A stretch of 64,000 bases of DNA from Nitrosopumilus sp. (GTDB lineage Archaea > Thermoproteota > Nitrososphaeria > Nitrososphaerales > Nitrosopumilaceae). The stretch lies in assembly GCA_965223425.1 (NCBI GenBank), contig OZ245003.1, positions 800,001 through 864,000 on the forward strand, in the 5' to 3' direction. The stretch's first letter is position 1, and each line of letters begins with the position of its first letter. The position numbers were made by a program, and so were the translations under genes. This document shows positions 10,198-21,035 of the stretch, piece by piece. The notes beneath the pieces were generated by a model that was not told where the DNA came from, did not search any database, and saw nothing but the letters and a program-made list of their open reading frames with translations.

Positions 10198-10866
10198 TTG
10201 CAAAATTGGATTTTTGATATTAGGTCGCGTTCTTTCGTATTGTTAGTAATTTTGTTTTTAGTTCTTACTGCTCTTGTGTATTACAAAGTAACTGAAAGTT
10301 TTGATCAAAGTGTCGTCTCTTTCTTTTCTCAAAATATTGGAAATCCGACACTTGATACCGTTATGCAGTATATCACAGAAAGCGGTGACGTCTTTAACAT
10401 GATGGCATTTGGAATTTTGATGTTGATCATTCCAAAAACCCGCAGAGTTGGAATTACCTTGATGATTCTAATTGTACTTTCAACTCTTCTTACTGGGTAC
10501 ATCAAATGCGGAGTTGATAGAGACAGACCTGATTTTGAGTATGAAGGCACACCATTCCCTATTGAAGTTAGCCGTGACACATACGCATTGTTTTGTGAAG
10601 GCAGTTTTGAGGCTTCATATCCTTCTGGCCATGCAGCCCGAGCTATAATATTTGGAGTAATTCTGGGTTATGCTCTTTCAGAACGATTTCCTAGAGGCGC
10701 GTATCTGTTATTGCTATATCCTGCAATGATCTCGATTAGCAGAATCTATGTCTTACAACATTATCCTATGGATGTCATTGGAGGCACCGTTATTGGAGTA
10801 ATGCTTGCTGGAGTAATGGCAAAGAGAACAAAACTTTACAAAATTTTTGATAAATCAAAAACCTAA
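10198..10866 (+). CDS. PAP2-family membrane phosphatase
   Basis: K...DRDRP, SYPSGH, SRIYVLQHYPMDV and TM segments. Confidence 0.9.
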   Translation: MQNWIFDIRSRSFVLLVILFLVLTALVYYKVTESFDQSVVSFFSQNIGNPTLDTVMQYITESGDVFNMMAFGILMLIIPKTRRVGITLMILIVLSTLLTGYIKCGVDRDRPDFEYEGTPFPIEVSRDTYALFCEGSFEASYPSGHAARAIIFGVILGYALSERFPRGAYLLLLYPAMISISRIYVLQHYPMDVIGGTVIGVMLAGVMAKRTKLYKIFDKSKT

Positions 10867-11166
10867 TTCTGTCAGTGCAGTGTTGCTTATCAAAACTATT
10901 GCATAATGTTCATCATCGTGATGATATGTCCAATATCTGACATCTCTGACTTCATTTTTTTGTCTTAACCCATGTGTTACTCCAGTTGTCACAGTGTATC
11001 CAATTCTTTTTGCAATTTTTGACTCTTTTGGCATCAAAACCCTGTATCCCCCTTTCTTGTTTTTAAACCCCAGGTTAACCATGTCCTCAACTGCATTTGA
11101 TGCGTCTTTTTCGTCTTTTAGTTCATATATTTTTGATATTGGCAAATCCCTTGGATGAAAATCCAT
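10855..11166 (-). CDS. conserved hypothetical protein
   Basis: Clean ATG ORF with host-like composition inside the core block. Confidence 0.7.
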   Translation of the reverse strand: MDFHPRDLPISKIYELKDEKDASNAVEDMVNLGFKNKKGGYRVLMPKESKIAKRIGYTVTTGVTHGLRQKNEVRDVRYWTYHHDDEHYAIVLISNTALTELGF

Positions 11167-11290
11167 ACTTTTAATGAGATCTCTTAGCTAATATTTTTTA
11201 AAAAATGATTTCGGCGATCAAGATTAGTTAATTTTCTTAACTGGTAAGTCAACTACTGATTATATCTATAATTTAACCGATTCGTTTGTT

Positions 11291-12232
11291 TTGATTGAAT
11301 CGTTGGCATCATTAGAAAAACTAGTAGTTCAACTACGACACAAAAAGCAAGAAGCAACAAAGCTTAGAAAAAAAACTGAAAAACAGCTAAAAGAAGTCCG
11401 TTCTACCGAAAGACGTTCTTCTTCTGGTTTGAATACCATATCCAGAAAAATAGAATCTGAGCGCGACGATGTTTCTGATGTATCGACTGCTCTAAATCAA
11501 AAAAATTCGCAACTCGAAAGTATTGAAAGATTGGTAGCAGCAGCACAAGCCCGCTTAACCCGAGAAAAAGAGACAGTAGAGCAGGCAGAACAAGAAATTG
11601 AATTTGCTGAAAATCCTGAAGAAAAACAGAATGCCGAAATTAGGTTGCGTTCCTTAAATGATCATATCCAAGAATTAATCTCTGAAATCAAAAGTAGACA
11701 AAAAACCGCTAAAAAAATTGCAGAAGATGTTGCTAAATTTGATGATATCAAATCAAAGATTTCCTCAAAAATAAAAAAACAATCACAATCAAAGCCATCA
11801 TTACGTGAGACGATGAATACTAGTCACAAGGCTGCTGAGAAATTTGTCAAACGACTAGAATCAAAAACAAGGGCAGAGGAATCTGCAAAAAAAGCATTAG
11901 ACAAAGTATCTGCACAATTCCAAGAACTATTGGATAAAAAACGTGAGGCTGCTAAAAAGGCAGCAGCAGCTAAAAAGATAGCTGCTAAGAGAAAGACGGC
12001 AAAACGTAAAGCCACTAAGAAAAAGGCAGCAGCAGCTAAAAAGATAGCTGCTAAGAGAAAGACGGCAAAACGTAAAGCCACTAAGAAAAAGGCAGCAGCA
12101 GCTAAAAAGAGACCAGCAAAGAAAAAGGCAGCAGCAGCTAAAAAGAGACCAGCAAAGAAAAAGGCAGCAGCAGCTAAAAAGAGACCAGCAAAGAAAAAGG
12201 CAGCAGCAGCTAAAAAGAAATCTAAACGATAA
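11291..12232 (+). CDS. coiled-coil protein with histone-H1-like Lys/Ala-rich tail
   Basis: Long heptad region followed by KKAAAAKK repeats. Confidence 0.8.
   Translation: MIESLASLEKLVVQLRHKKQEATKLRKKTEKQLKEVRSTERRSSSGLNTISRKIESERDDVSDVSTALNQKNSQLESIERLVAAAQARLTREKETVEQAEQEIEFAENPEEKQNAEIRLRSLNDHIQELISEIKSRQKTAKKIAEDVAKFDDIKSKISSKIKKQSQSKPSLRETMNTSHKAAEKFVKRLESKTRAEESAKKALDKVSAQFQELLDKKREAAKKAAAAKKIAAKRKTAKRKATKKKAAAAKKIAAKRKTAKRKATKKKAAAAKKRPAKKKAAAAKKRPAKKKAAAAKKRPAKKKAAAAKKKSKR
11953..12217 (+). repeat. coding tandem repeats: 66 bp x2 then 36 bp x3
   Basis: KKAAAAKKIAAKRKTAKRKATK x2 and KKAAAAKKRPAK x3, near-perfect at DNA level. Confidence 0.85.
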
Positions 12233-12300
12233 TCATTTAAAAAATAATTAACGTAAAGTTAATTCTTAAATTGGAAAAATAATTAAAATAATAATGGAAA

Positions 12301-12615
12301 TTATTGAGGATTAACTTCCATTTGACCAAATTTACCTTTTGTTAAGGATACTTCTCCTTTGAATTCGCTGGTATACCCATTTGTAATGACAACTACATCT
12401 CCAACATTTACTGTCTCAATGTCGTCACCCCACAATGTCAGTTTCATTTGGTCATCTTCTGTTTCGCCATCAGCTATTACTGCATCGCAGACCTCAACTG
12501 TTCCTCCACTTCTGAGACTTACAGTTCTTGGGTCTCCTTTGCTTTTAACATCGGCTTTTGCATTAATTCCACTTCGCATTTTTTTTACTTGTGAAATTGG
12601 TATGAATTCTGCCAT
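12301..12615 (-). CDS. single OB-fold ssDNA-binding protein
   Basis: KGDPRTV...DAVIADG...KLTLWGDD...VGDVVVITNGY...FKG. ATG at 12615 preferred over the track start at 12630. Confidence 0.85.
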   Translation of the reverse strand: MAEFIPISQVKKMRSGINAKADVKSKGDPRTVSLRSGGTVEVCDAVIADGETEDDQMKLTLWGDDIETVNVGDVVVITNGYTSEFKGEVSLTKGKFGQMEVNPQ

Positions 12616-12988
12616 GTGTCTTTGAATCAAATTTGCACGATTATAAGCTTTGTTAAAAATTTACACTGGTAAATCTCCGAGTGTTTTCAAAGGCCTGTTA
12701 AATTAGAGTGTTGGAGTGTTAAATTCAGTAGTTGGGATTGTACATTTTGGATAGCCCAAACTGATCATTTTGAGAGCAAAACACGATCAACCAGATCCAA
12801 ATACAAAGCATGTTCACCCACCTTGACTTGTGTAGAAAAGATGGGCAAACACACCAACAGAACCAAGATATCAAGGAATTTAAAATCTTCCAGTCCGCAC
12901 TGCGGCGTGTGGGATCCTAAAAGTAGTTCACCCCCCTGCTACTTGGTTTCATATTCCTCCTTGCCACAACACGCCCGGTGGTTAACAT

Positions 12989-14304
12989 CAGTAGATGGAA
13001 ATGTGCTCCTTTTGAGCCCAGCCAAAACACGTTGTCAGATACATCAACCATCTTCGAACATACCGATCTATTAGCAAGGTGCGCTTGCTCACCTATGTGC
13101 TACTAAAACAAAAAGACGGACAGGCGCACCGAAGAGAGATGGGAACAAGGCTACTTAATACCTTGTCAAGCATACTTGCCTCTGCAGGAATCGGGTTCTC
13201 CTCCAGGTACAACGCAAAATACGGCATGCGGCACCTGGTTGCGATGCTAGCTGAGATGTGCGCCTCAGGCACCACTGCCGAGGCTGCCGCAGCAAATCTT
13301 GAGGGCCACAAGGACATGCCGTCTGCCAGGTGGCTCCGCGACATGATAAAGACTGTCAGTAAGGACAATGCAGAAAAGGCCTGCAACGAGATGCTCAGAC
13401 GCACCGTAAGGATTGCAGGGAGAGGAGGGGAGGGGGGAATGGCCCGGGCAGGCCCCATGCTGGTGGCAATCGACAAGCACCTGATACCCAGACACGACAG
13501 GAACAACATGCTGCACCTGGTATACTCCAAAATAAAAGGCGGCACCAACAGGTTTGAGTGCTATGCCACAATGCAGGCAGTGGCCGGATCCATAAATGCC
13601 GTGCTTGACTGCGTTCCCGTCACCAGGGACTGCTCTGATGTCGATTTCGTGCGCAGGTTCGTCAATACGTTGCGCAAATGCCGGGTGAAGGCCAGGCTGC
13701 TGCTCATGGACCGCGAGTTTTACTCCACTGATGTCATGCTGGCACTAAACGAATCTCACAGCAAGTTCCTGATGCCTGCAGTCAAAAACGCCGGAATCAA
13801 GAGGGCCGTCACGGATTACCACAACGGCAGGATCGGGGCAGTCTCAAGGTATACGATGCGAAACAGCAAGAAGAGAGAGGTAACATTTACGCTGATCATC
13901 AGACCGTCCAAAAAGTACGATGATGCAGATGCGGCCGTGACAGACAGGTACGTAGTCTTTGCCACCAGCCTTCCTGCCAGACGCGTCATGATGGAGCTGT
14001 CAGTACTGCCAGACGAGTACAGGTACAGGTGGGGGATAGAGACGGGGTACCGGCAGGTCGAGCAGGTCCGGCCCAGGACATACAGCCGTGACCACCTGTT
14101 CCGGATGATGATGTTTTACGTCGCGTTGTTTGTGCACAACATGTGGGCCATAGAGCGGCACCGTGCTGCCGTGCCGCCGGGCAGGATGACATTAAGGATA
14201 GTGATCAGCGCAGCTGCTGCCGTGGCTGTTCTGCAGGAAACTGTGGGTGTTGGAGTGCCATACGATCCTGGAGGCCAGGGATAGGGACACATTTCCATGT
14301 ACTG
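12989..14304 (+). mobile_element. ISH3-family IS, apparently intact, 5-bp TSD AACAT
   Basis: TIR CAGTAGATGGAAATGTG / CACATTTCCATGTACTG. AACAT at 12984-12988 and 14305-14309. Confidence 0.92.
13079..14284 (+). CDS. ISH3-family (IS4 superfamily) DDE transposase
   Basis: VAIDKH, LMDREFY, YRYRWGIETGYR. Confidence 0.92.
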   Translation: MRLLTYVLLKQKDGQAHRREMGTRLLNTLSSILASAGIGFSSRYNAKYGMRHLVAMLAEMCASGTTAEAAAANLEGHKDMPSARWLRDMIKTVSKDNAEKACNEMLRRTVRIAGRGGEGGMARAGPMLVAIDKHLIPRHDRNNMLHLVYSKIKGGTNRFECYATMQAVAGSINAVLDCVPVTRDCSDVDFVRRFVNTLRKCRVKARLLLMDREFYSTDVMLALNESHSKFLMPAVKNAGIKRAVTDYHNGRIGAVSRYTMRNSKKREVTFTLIIRPSKKYDDADAAVTDRYVVFATSLPARRVMMELSVLPDEYRYRWGIETGYRQVEQVRPRTYSRDHLFRMMMFYVALFVHNMWAIERHRAAVPPGRMTLRIVISAAAAVAVLQETVGVGVPYDPGGQG

Positions 14305-14310
14305 AACATA

Positions 14311-14385
14311 GGTGTTGCATAACTTGGATTCTAGGCACGAAATTTACCCAACTTTTGACTGGCTTAGGCGTGTTATGCAACAAAC
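14311..14385 (-). mobile_element. 75-bp MITE of the IS5-family element at 36975-39315, TA flanks
   Basis: Ends TGTTGCATAAC / GTTATGCAACA. One end matches TTGTTGCATAACACGCCTAA at 36977. Confidence 0.7.
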
Positions 14386-15553
14386 TAGTGCTCAGGGCTT
14401 GTGTATTTTCCTAACCTTTTCTTCCAGACCCACACACCCTTGTTTCCAGTGACAGTAAGGTCGGTGCGCCTGTTCTTTATCGACCTTACATACTCGGAGA
14501 AGGGGTGAACTACTTTTTGTACAAGACAAAATACGAGTCAGGAACGTACAGGTTTGAGTCATACATGACATCCAAGATAGTGCAGGGCGGCAAGGAGGCC
14601 AACCTGTGCTTCAGTCCGGTCACCCGGGGTACATCCAACGGCGAGTTCGTGCGTAAAACCATCAAAAAGTGCTCCAAGCTGCACCTTGGAATCAATCTTT
14701 ACCTTCTTGACAGGGAGTTTTACGCAACAGACGTGATGCGGACTGTCAGATCGCTTCACAGGCATTTTATCATGCCGGCAAAAAAGAATGCCGGCATCAA
14801 GCGCGCCATTGTACAGCACGCCCAAGGAAAGCGCGGTGATGTCTCTAGGTACACCATAAAATCAGGATCCGAAAAGTTCACGTTCAACCTAGTTCTGATC
14901 AGGGATGACGCCAGGAAAAAAGACGGCACCATGTTTGACAGGTATCGCGCATTTGCAACGTCGCTGCCATGCGAGAATGAAAGGGACGTTGTCAAGTACA
15001 TCCCAGAACAGTACAAAAAACGGTGGGGAATTGAAACGGGGTACAGGTCTGCAAAGAGCATACGCCCGCACACTGCCAGCAGGAACCCCTCCGTACGGAT
15101 GCTTTTGTTTGTCTTGTCACTGGTGATAAACAACATCTGGATAGGCCTGCGTCGCACGGCGGGCAGAAAAGGCTATCATGTGACACTTGCCGGTGTTTTA
15201 AACAGGATGATCCACGCGTTTGTAACATGTGTGTATGCTAGGTGGCCACCGCCTATCGGGTGACTGGCGGGCTGTTCTGGAACGGTACAATCCCAACTAC
15301 TGTTTGAATTAAGGTAAACATGAAACGTGACAAGAGCATATCTAGACGATTCAGATGTGATGACTATTCTGGTATATGTCCATGAGAACATGATATAGAA
15401 AAAAGATCAGAAGCACGTCTTGACAAGATAATTCGGTTCATACAACAATCTTATCATAATGCTAGAACATAAGAAAAATCGCTTCGTTCCTGATATGATG
15501 GTGTTAGTTATGATCAGAAAGGGAACCCATGCATTTCCGACAGAATTTTTAAA

Positions 15554-16585
15554 TTGATGTGGTGTAAAGATTGCATGTTGAAGAAGACAGTAAAATTTAC
15601 TTTTATAGATCTCTTTGCAGGAATAGGTGGAATGCGAATTGCATTCGAATCTGTGGGGGGTAAGTGTGTATATTCTTCAGAATTAGACAAGTTTTCCAAA
15701 CATACTTACAAAACCAATTTTGGAGAAACACCTGACGGAGACATTACTCAGGTTGATGAAAATAGTATTCCAAATCATGACGTACTTGTGGCGGGATTCC
15801 CATGTCAACCATTTTCTATTGCAGGGGTAAGCCGCAAAAATTCCCTAGGTAAACCGCATGGATTCGAGGACAAGATACAGGGCACTATGTTTTTTCACAT
15901 ATGCAGAATTTTGCGAATCAAACGACCTTCTGCATTTGTTCTAGAAAATGTAAAAAATCTCAAATGCCACAACAATGGAAAAACATTTGACATAATTAAG
16001 ACAAAATTATCAGAGTTAGGATATGAAATACACGATAAAATAATGAATTCCGGTGGAGTTGTTCCACAAAAAAGAGATAGGTTGTTTCTAATAGGTCTAA
16101 AAAAGACTAAATTTTCTGCACAAAGTTTTGAATTTCCACATGTACCTGAAAATAATATGGTTTTGAAAGATATACTTGAGAAGAAAGTTGACAAAAAATA
16201 CACGCTTCCAAATGGAACATGGCGCGCTGTGCAACGTCACGCAAATCGTCACAAAAAAGCAGGAAATGGATTTGGATATAATCTTGCAGATGTTAACAAA
16301 CCTTCCAAAACTTTAACTGCTAGATATTATAAGGATGGGGCAGAAATATTGATAGGTCAGAAAAATAAAAACCCTAGAAAACTTACACCTAGAGAATGTG
16401 CCAGACTCATGGGTTTTCCAGAAGACTTTGATATTCCTGTGTCGGATAATCAAGCATACAAACAATTTGGGAATTCTGTTGTAGTTCCATTGGTCACAAC
16501 AATAGCATACAATTTATCAATTATCCTGACCAAACGTCCAATTCTCATAAAGTACACCAAAAGAAAAAGAAAGGCGGCAAGATAA
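15554..16585 (+). CDS. drmMII: DNA (cytosine-5)-methyltransferase, Dcm/EcoRII-like (DISARM class II DrmMII position)
   Basis: FAGIGG, GFPCQPFS, ENV, QKRDR, QFGNSV. The TRD segment TLTARYYKDGAEILI resembles Dcm (CCWGG). Confidence 0.9.
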   Translation: MMWCKDCMLKKTVKFTFIDLFAGIGGMRIAFESVGGKCVYSSELDKFSKHTYKTNFGETPDGDITQVDENSIPNHDVLVAGFPCQPFSIAGVSRKNSLGKPHGFEDKIQGTMFFHICRILRIKRPSAFVLENVKNLKCHNNGKTFDIIKTKLSELGYEIHDKIMNSGGVVPQKRDRLFLIGLKKTKFSAQSFEFPHVPENNMVLKDILEKKVDKKYTLPNGTWRAVQRHANRHKKAGNGFGYNLADVNKPSKTLTARYYKDGAEILIGQKNKNPRKLTPRECARLMGFPEDFDIPVSDNQAYKQFGNSVVVPLVTTIAYNLSIILTKRPILIKYTKRKRKAAR

Positions 16586-16586
16586 A

Positions 16587-19500
16587 TTGGATCTTTCAGA
16601 TCACAATGATCAAACCTTTGTATCTTGTAGTGGTTCTGTAAGATATCATATCATAAAATCCATGTTTCAAGATTTACTAGGGCCCAAAATGGGACCTGGA
16701 GAAATAATTGAAAATCCATACGATCAATACGTGCTAGGAATTTTAAAATCCAATTATATTGCTGTACAATCAGATCAAGAATTAGATCCATTCGATAAAA
16801 TAAATTATGGGAATGTAAAATCAGAAAAACAACTTGATTCCACTGACGATCCTGATGATGAATTTATTGTAGATGCGGATCTTAATCTTAAACAGGGAGC
16901 ACGCTCTATGGGATTATCGTTTGTGATTAAAGGTAAGGTTCCACGGATAAAAATTTGTTGCACATGGGGCCGTTATCAAAGAATAGATGGACTTCCAAGA
17001 TCAATATGGAAAAGAATTCCAAACTTTTTCATCTCCCAAATAATTGACGCCACAAACAACCAAATAATCAAACCAGAAGAAACTACTTTACAAAAATACA
17101 TTTCAAAGCAAGGAATAGAAATACACATTAGATCTTCACAGATTTCAATTCCAGAGAATAGTTGGAATGTATCTATATTTATTGTGAACAATACTCCGTT
17201 TAAAGAAAATCAGGAATTAGTTCATTATATATTCCAGCCACAGATACGTGTGTTGTGTGATGCAGAGACTGAAATCAAAGATTTAAAAAAACACCACACA
17301 TCATCAGATGTGCAAAAGGACGATCTACTCTTCTCGGACAAAACTGGTAAAGGACGTGGTCATCTGTGTGGGGCAGTATGGAGAGATATAGACCCCGAAT
17401 GTTATGACGAAAATGGCAAAAGTTTTTCTGATTTCTCTTGGCCAGATGCCACTTCTTCAAAAATACCAAAGGATGTAATCGAAGAATTCAAAAAGTCAGA
17501 CATAAGAACAGAATATCTTCCAGTTTATACTATCTTACAACCAGATCTTGGCAATTCAAATAATTTTAATGCATCAAGACTTGCCCAAATGTGGGAACCT
17601 AATGAAATCAAAAATTATCTGGGTGGCATTGTTAGAAGTTATAGAGAGTGGATCAATGACGAAAAGAAATCTATCAACAACTCTGAATCCACAAAACTCC
17701 AAGAGTATGCCAAAATGAATCTTGATGTTTGTGAAAAAACGGCTCAAAGAATAGAAGATGGAATAACTTTATTGTTGGATGATGAAAGAGCTCGTCTAGC
17801 GTTTTGTTTTATGAATCAGGTCATGTCTGACAAGAGAAGGTGGGACAATCGTAATGAAAAAGAGAGACAATCTCTACAATGGTATGAGTTTCAAATGGGA
17901 TTTATTCTTCAATCACTTACAGGTGTTTTGCCTGGCAATCAAGACAAAGGGACATGCGATGTATTATGGTTTCCAACAGGAGGTGGAAAAACTGAAGCAT
18001 ATATTGGAATAATGATCTTCACTTTCGCCTATAGAAGATTGTTTGACTTGGAAGAATTTCAAACTGACGGAGGAGTGTCTGTAATCTCAAGATATACGCT
18101 TAGACTGCTAACAATTCAGCAGTTTACTAGAACCATCAGTGCAATATTGGCAGCTGACGTACTTAGAATTAAGAACTGGAAGCCAGAATCTGCAGTTTTC
18201 AATGATCAAAATCTGATAAAAACGTATGAGACAGGAAGAATGTGGGGATCCAGCAGGTTTTCATTGGGAGTATGGATAGGTGATCTAACTCCAAATAAAT
18301 TTGAAAAACAGGGCACAAGGCACACTGACATATTAAATGCAGAAGGTATGCTACGAGCTGAATCTGTACGAAGACGGGAGTCACAGTCCACTGGAGAACC
18401 TGCCCAGATCATGGAATGTCCATGCTGTGGAAACATACTGGGAATGTCATCAAAAAAAGAATCAGGTATGGAAAATATGAAAAAAATCACATGGATTATT
18501 AAAACAGATAAAACTATAGAGGATTTGAAAGCAATACCAGATGCGAAATTCAACACTAGCATCATAAAACTAATGACAAAAAATGGTAGCGCCAAGGAAT
18601 TCTTTGAAATTAATTTAGATGCGGAGGGTATGCGATATGTGTGCTTTACTGCAAACATATGCAGTACTAGTGGAGGATCATTGACGGATAATAATATAGA
18701 CGAATGGTGGAAACATCATACGACTAGTGCGTTGGGATATACTGGAGGTGAAGATCCGCTCCAAAGCACTCGTGCATCTAGACCTGGATATTTTTTTCTA
18801 TACAGAGATGGAGAAAACCGCCCATATGATTTTGCAATACACTGCACTAACAGGGATTGTGAGATAAACAAGACAGAGTGGTTCGAAGATATTACTCCAG
18901 ATAGTGTATCGTCAATTGCACATCCATTCAAAAAACATAAAAAACCAAACCATTCAATATTCCCTCCCATTCCTGCATATATCATTGATGAGCAGATATA
19001 CTCTAGATGTCCCACAGTGGTAATAGCTACCGTGGACAAGTTTGCACGCCTTCCTTTTGAACCTCGTGCATCGGCTCTTTTTGGAAACGTAGATTATCAT
19101 GATAAATGGAAGGGATTCGGTCGTGGAAATCCTAATGACGGCAGTGGTAGGGATGTGAAAAAATTTCTGCCTCCGTCATTGTTCATACAGGACGAACTTC
19201 ATCTGATAGAAGGGCCTCTGGGCAGCATGGTGGGAATATATGAGATAGCCGTAGATATTTTATCCTCAAACGAACAGTTTACACCAAAGTATATTGCATC
19301 TACTGCAACAATTAAGGAAGCTGAAAGTCAGGTTGGAACAATATACCGGAGAAAGGTTAGAATTTTCCCACCCTTGGCAGTCTCATATGGCAATAATTAT
19401 TTTAGCACAATTGAGGAAGATCCATCATGTTTACGTGAGAGTTATGGTAGACTGTATATTGGAATACTTGCGCCCAAAGGGACACTTGTGGTACCTGTAA

Positions 19501-21035
19501 AAGTCTGGGCGTCAGTACTCAGTTCCGTACATAGAATCAAAAACAATCCTGAACTTTTTGGACTAGACGAGGAATATAAAAAATCAGCAAGTTCCGTAAC
19601 CTTCAAGGAATTTGTTGACGACAAAACCGATTGGTACAGTACTCTAGTAGGATATTTTAATGCACTCAAGGAGCTCTCTATTGCCCGCAACCTGTACAGC
19701 GGCGATATCCTACGAGATGTAAAAAGATCAAGCTCGCTCGTACTCTCATCTGTACAGCACAGAGGAATTGATAATAAAATAAAAACATCATTGCATTATG
19801 TTCCAATAGAGATCAATACGCGCATGTGTATTTTTGCAGTATCAGTATTCTGTGCAAATAGGAAAGGTAGTATTTCATTGGCTCTTTATGAAAACAACGA
19901 GTTAACAAACGAACCTGGAAAATTATTATCTGTGATGAGAAAAAATGATGAGAAAAAACAAGTCAAAGAAGATGAAAATGAATTTCTATTGGATGTTCCA
20001 ATAGATGTTTCCAAAGGCAAGATAATATGGGTTGCCTTATTTCCTTATTCAGATGATACACGCTTTCATTTGGGTGAAAGCAAGATAAAAAGCCGTACCG
20101 CTTCAATCAAACTTGGTGCAGAAACAATACAATTTCCAAAAGAACACCAAAAGTCTGAAGAGAGTAGTATAACCATCAAGATTGGATTAAAAACAGAACC
20201 AAGAAGTGTTGATGATGCGGGGGTAGTGGAATTATCAAGCTCTACTGAATCGCATGAATTACCCAACATCATGAAAAAGCTCGAAACACCTCATTCAGTA
20301 GACTGTCTTTTTACAACATCCATGTTTGGTACTGGAATGGATGTGGACAGATTGGGACTCATGGTTGTCATGGGGCAGCCAAAATCAACATCAAGTTATA
20401 TTCAGTCCACGGGACGAGTTGGAAGGAAATGTCCGGGTCTAGTTGTTACGTGGCTCAGAGCTGGTAGAGTCAGAGATCTTAGTCATTATGAGGATTTTAT
20501 AGGATATCATAGGGCAATACATCGTTATGTAGAACCAATAAGTGCAGCTCCTTTTTCAGAACAAACGATGGATCTTTGTACAGGACCTGTATCTGTTGCG
20601 GTACTAAGAAACGCAAGAAGCATATCTGGATCGAAGGTGCAAGAGCAATGGCGGGATCATGATAATGGTCCTCCGTTCATGAGACTGCATGAAAATGATG
20701 ATGAGATTCATACATTGAAAAAAATATTTTTAAAAAGATGTCTATCAGAAAACATCTCAGAAGCTAGACGAATTGATCCGAGCCAAGCAGAAAACATTAT
20801 TGAACGAAGCATAGGCAAGTGGCAGAGAACTTCCAAAAACATCTCACAAGAGGGAGATGAACTCGTTTACGACGAATCCACCATGAATAAAAAAGTCGAA
20901 AAAAATGTAGTTCTTGGCACTGTCCAGCATAATATAGCCGGAAAAAGCATAGTATACAAAAACACGAGATCATCTTTGCGTACAGTGGAATCAACTTTTA
21001 CTATTGGAGATGTGGGATGGGTAGAAGACAGTTAA
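16587..21035 (+). CDS. drmA: DISARM helicase DrmA-like (SF2)
   Basis: FPTGGGKTEAY, RYTLRLLTIQQ, TVDKFA, QDELHLIEGPLG, ASTAT, YIQSTGRVGR. Confidence 0.88.
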   Translation: MDLSDHNDQTFVSCSGSVRYHIIKSMFQDLLGPKMGPGEIIENPYDQYVLGILKSNYIAVQSDQELDPFDKINYGNVKSEKQLDSTDDPDDEFIVDADLNLKQGARSMGLSFVIKGKVPRIKICCTWGRYQRIDGLPRSIWKRIPNFFISQIIDATNNQIIKPEETTLQKYISKQGIEIHIRSSQISIPENSWNVSIFIVNNTPFKENQELVHYIFQPQIRVLCDAETEIKDLKKHHTSSDVQKDDLLFSDKTGKGRGHLCGAVWRDIDPECYDENGKSFSDFSWPDATSSKIPKDVIEEFKKSDIRTEYLPVYTILQPDLGNSNNFNASRLAQMWEPNEIKNYLGGIVRSYREWINDEKKSINNSESTKLQEYAKMNLDVCEKTAQRIEDGITLLLDDERARLAFCFMNQVMSDKRRWDNRNEKERQSLQWYEFQMGFILQSLTGVLPGNQDKGTCDVLWFPTGGGKTEAYIGIMIFTFAYRRLFDLEEFQTDGGVSVISRYTLRLLTIQQFTRTISAILAADVLRIKNWKPESAVFNDQNLIKTYETGRMWGSSRFSLGVWIGDLTPNKFEKQGTRHTDILNAEGMLRAESVRRRESQSTGEPAQIMECPCCGNILGMSSKKESGMENMKKITWIIKTDKTIEDLKAIPDAKFNTSIIKLMTKNGSAKEFFEINLDAEGMRYVCFTANICSTSGGSLTDNNIDEWWKHHTTSALGYTGGEDPLQSTRASRPGYFFLYRDGENRPYDFAIHCTNRDCEINKTEWFEDITPDSVSSIAHPFKKHKKPNHSIFPPIPAYIIDEQIYSRCPTVVIATVDKFARLPFEPRASALFGNVDYHDKWKGFGRGNPNDGSGRDVKKFLPPSLFIQDELHLIEGPLGSMVGIYEIAVDILSSNEQFTPKYIASTATIKEAESQVGTIYRRKVRIFPPLAVSYGNNYFSTIEEDPSCLRESYGRLYIGILAPKGTLVVPVKVWASVLSSVHRIKNNPELFGLDEEYKKSASSVTFKEFVDDKTDWYSTLVGYFNALKELSIARNLYSGDILRDVKRSSSLVLSSVQHRGIDNKIKTSLHYVPIEINTRMCIFAVSVFCANRKGSISLALYENNELTNEPGKLLSVMRKNDEKKQVKEDENEFLLDVPIDVSKGKIIWVALFPYSDDTRFHLGESKIKSRTASIKLGAETIQFPKEHQKSEESSITIKIGLKTEPRSVDDAGVVELSSSTESHELPNIMKKLETPHSVDCLFTTSMFGTGMDVDRLGLMVVMGQPKSTSSYIQSTGRVGRKCPGLVVTWLRAGRVRDLSHYEDFIGYHRAIHRYVEPISAAPFSEQTMDLCTGPVSVAVLRNARSISGSKVQEQWRDHDNGPPFMRLHENDDEIHTLKKIFLKRCLSENISEARRIDPSQAENIIERSIGKWQRTSKNISQEGDELVYDESTMNKKVEKNVVLGTVQHNIAGKSIVYKNTRSSLRTVESTFTIGDVGWVEDS

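Larger units (their letters stand above)
12908..14528 (-). mobile_element. IS481-type non-autonomous derivative (TGT...ACA ends) hosting further insertions
   Basis: 27-bp imperfect TIR with core AAAAGTAGTTCACCCC. Its interior (12961-12988) matches 53040-53067, adjacent to an IS481 transposase remnant. Confidence 0.65.
12726..15302 (+). mobile_element. ISH3-family element, interrupted and internally deleted (5' part 12726-12907, 3' part 14529-15302)
   Basis: TIR CAGTAGTTGGGATTGTA at both ends. Same element as 25136-26436. The transposase C-terminus has DREFY and YKKRWGIETGYR. Confidence 0.85.

Noticed and set aside
14505-15263. Stand-alone 252-aa transposase gene
   Set aside because: The start lies in the IS481-type TIR; this is the 3' half of the disrupted ISH3.
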